NCBI GenBank assembly: GCA_965649765.1
Contig: OZ287748.1
Location: 67,456,001 to 67,520,000 of the forward strand
Direction of reading: 5' to 3'
Origin: Bispira polyomma
Taxonomy: Eukaryota
Length of the DNA stretch: 64,000 nucleotides
Shown: positions 61,466 to 64,000 of the stretch, piece after piece
Position numbering within the stretch: position 1 is the stretch's first letter
Layout of the letters: each line of letters starts with the position of its first letter
Translations under genes and position numbers: made by a program
The notes under the pieces: generated by a model
The model's database searches: none
Told to the model about the DNA's origin: nothing
Seen by the model: the letters and a program-made list of their open reading frames with translations, nothing else

Positions 61466-64000
61466 CTGTAAAGACAACATGTAAACATGTAATACCACAC
61501 TGAGATGATATAACACAGCCTAATTTATATTTATTATTCTAGTGATGGGAGGGAACAGAACAAAGGCTTCCATTCTAAATCCTGCTGATAAAGATATACT
61601 GTATTTTAGTGACTAAACTTTATGCAGGGTATTTGGCTATGTCATGACCAAAAAAATCCCATTAAACAGTGGTTTGAGTCTCGATGAAGTTTTAATAAGC
61701 TTTATAGTTATACCTTATACCTAACATGAATGGGTATTATGGTTAAATGTGTTTAGTATCTACATTTTTGTTATGCTATCATATGGCTGACTTTTAGAGG
61801 TCCATGTCTGTTGCTAAAACACAAACCCTATGGCAAGATCAAATAAATCATTAAACATTGGTTTTGGGTTTGAATAAAGCGTTAATGAATATTTATCCTG
61901 TGCTTCATACCTAAAATACCCAAAAAATGGGTGTTTTGAATAAATATGTATCATATGGTTGACTTTTAGAAGTCCATGTCTGTTGCTAAAACACTAACCC
62001 TTTCATTTCTACTCAGTGCTCTGGTAGCATTTAGTAAACCGATGATGACACTATTATGAATATTTGTCTTACAAACCAGTCTCATAATTGCTATTGTCAA
62101 TATGTCCAATGAAAGATCCAGCAGCAGTTTTTTGGTTCACCATTAATGCAATCTTGAGCTAAGAGGAAATGAGATAGCTTAGTCCTTTAGTTTTAGGAAG
62201 ACACACATGTTTTTGTTGTCCTCAGCAGGCTTTGCTAGCCACCTTTAGGGATCAATCAGATGATTGGTAAATTAGCTTGAATCTATTTCTATCTAACTGT
62301 TTGTAAAAGATCTGACGTTTGCTCAAAGCAACAAAACCAGTTTTTGTTGTACTTAACAGGCTTTCCTAGCCTCCTTTAGGGCTGAATCAGATTATTAGTA
62401 ATTAGCTAAAATTTCTCTTCTATTTAAAACTGTTTGTAAAAGGTGTTTGATTTTTGATCAAACTCATATGCTCTTATTTAGTCCAAACCCACAATAGGTT
62501 GTTTTTTGGTATAATGGTTGTGATAGATTATCAAAGTCAGTATACCTGAAAGGCTCTTCCTGTTTTGGGTTCCTGAAACAATGTTAATTACACAGTGACT
62601 TTTTTAAAGCCGGAGGATTAATCAGTTAAATGTACACTAATTTTGCTAATTAACAAGATCTCTATAAACACATAGTGCCTGCTTCGAAAAAGCTTCAATC
62701 TAGTAACCCAAGGGTGAAACCAAGAGCTAAACAAGCATTACTAGAATGTAAAGATAGTCAGCCATGATCCAGGGTCAGGGTCACAGTATACAACAGCTTC
62801 AATCAAATAGGATAATAGGTGTATCCCAAGGGTTAAAGCCAGAAACATCATATAAATAAGTTAAAGTGTACATCACTTTTTTTATTAATTAATAATATCT
62901 CTAACCCATTTAAAGTAAACCAGCCAGAGGGTGGAATTATAAAAGAGCTTCCATTTATCTAACCACACATTAAACTAATTAAACAGTTGCTCATATTTAC
63001 ATTGTTCATGCATCATTGCAATTTGTATTATCAATTAGGAAGCCTTTGAGGTATCATTTAGGTAATGGGTAAATCACCAAAAGGCTACCAAACATGTGTG
63101 TTGTACTAAAAGTGTGTATTTTGTAGTTTAAACATTTCATCAAAGATAAAGAGCCTTAAAACCAAATGGAAAATCTCCATTGAAAAATAAAGTTTGTAGG
63201 TAATTAGTCAATTTGTTGTACTAAGTATCAGAAGCGATTTCCCTGTAGTAGCGTATTCTTCAAATAATGTTATGGAATAAAACATTTAGCCTTTGGCAGA
63301 GAAGTTTGTAAGTCATCATTTCTAAGCTCTGACAAACGTTTAAGGGGGTTGTGTTTTCAACTACTGAACCAATTCGAACGATATGTGATGCAGATATGGG
63401 CAAAGGGAAAACTATTTAAATAAACTAATAAAATGGCCAAGACAAATTGATTAAATGAATGATTAAAAACAAATTGTTGAAATATTAGATCTGACACAGG
63501 AGTCACTTTTGGGCACTCTACTGGGTGCTTTTGGGCACTCTACTGGGTGCTTTTCTAGTCTTGGTGTTGCATTTCTATGTAGGAAAATTAGCAGTAGACT
63601 TGCTGAATGCTGGTTGATGATTGTGAACTGCCCACCGTGATATAGGAACCAATGTATTTAATGTAGGCAACTTTCAACCCAAAACTAAACCTTAAACTAG
63701 TTATGTAATGAGTTTAAATATTGGTGTGTCAGATACAAGTCTTAAAAATAATTTGTGATCACTGTTAAGATTTATAGTTTTTGAATGACAGTCTTTGGAA
63801 CATCACAGTAAACCAGATTCCAGTTGTTATTTTGTTTACTTTTATAGTTATCCTTGCTACAAATCAACAACATGTTATTGTATACAAGATACTTGTCAGG
63901 GTCATTATCTCAGCCATTATGTGTGACTAATTATTGCAAACAACAAAAAATAAGCCTTGTCTTTTTAAAGGTGGATCCTGATGAGATAAACGACAGATAA

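Noticed and set aside
61466-64000. Further upstream channel exons
   Set aside because: No signal peptide or RP/GPISE-type motifs recognised; the LLLDLS-like stretch near 62100 (-) looks like an RT remnant

Overview
AT-rich eukaryotic genomic DNA from an invertebrate, most plausibly a mollusc or other lophotrochozoan (inferred from the repeat types). Two spliced genes can be reconstructed by hand. (1) The 3' part of a Cys-loop ligand-gated chloride channel subunit (GABA-A alpha/GRD-like) lies on the minus strand as 7 phase-consistent GT-AG coding exons from 61465 down to the stop at 27398; its 5' exons are outside the window. (2) A small plus-strand orphan gene, largely missed by the ORF track, has 4 coding exons (4433-6105) giving a 181-aa single-pass membrane protein with a His-rich N-terminus, juxtamembrane Cys cluster, PPxY motif and PDZ-type C-terminus. 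The rest is transposon-derived. A near-intact single-ORF L2/CR1-group LINE sits in the channel's last intron, with a 2A-like NPGP leader, a 224-bp frameshifting duplication and a YAGD instead of YADD RT motif. A decayed sister copy also reads YAGD and is split by a DIRS-like gag fragment. There are several tRNA-derived SINE families (one carrying the LINE's 3' stem-loop tail), Harbinger-type MITEs, Helentron-associated elements and 22/39/84/211-bp tandem repeats. No prokaryotic-type system such as a CRISPR array or operon is present. Family assignments come from motif recognition, not database searches.
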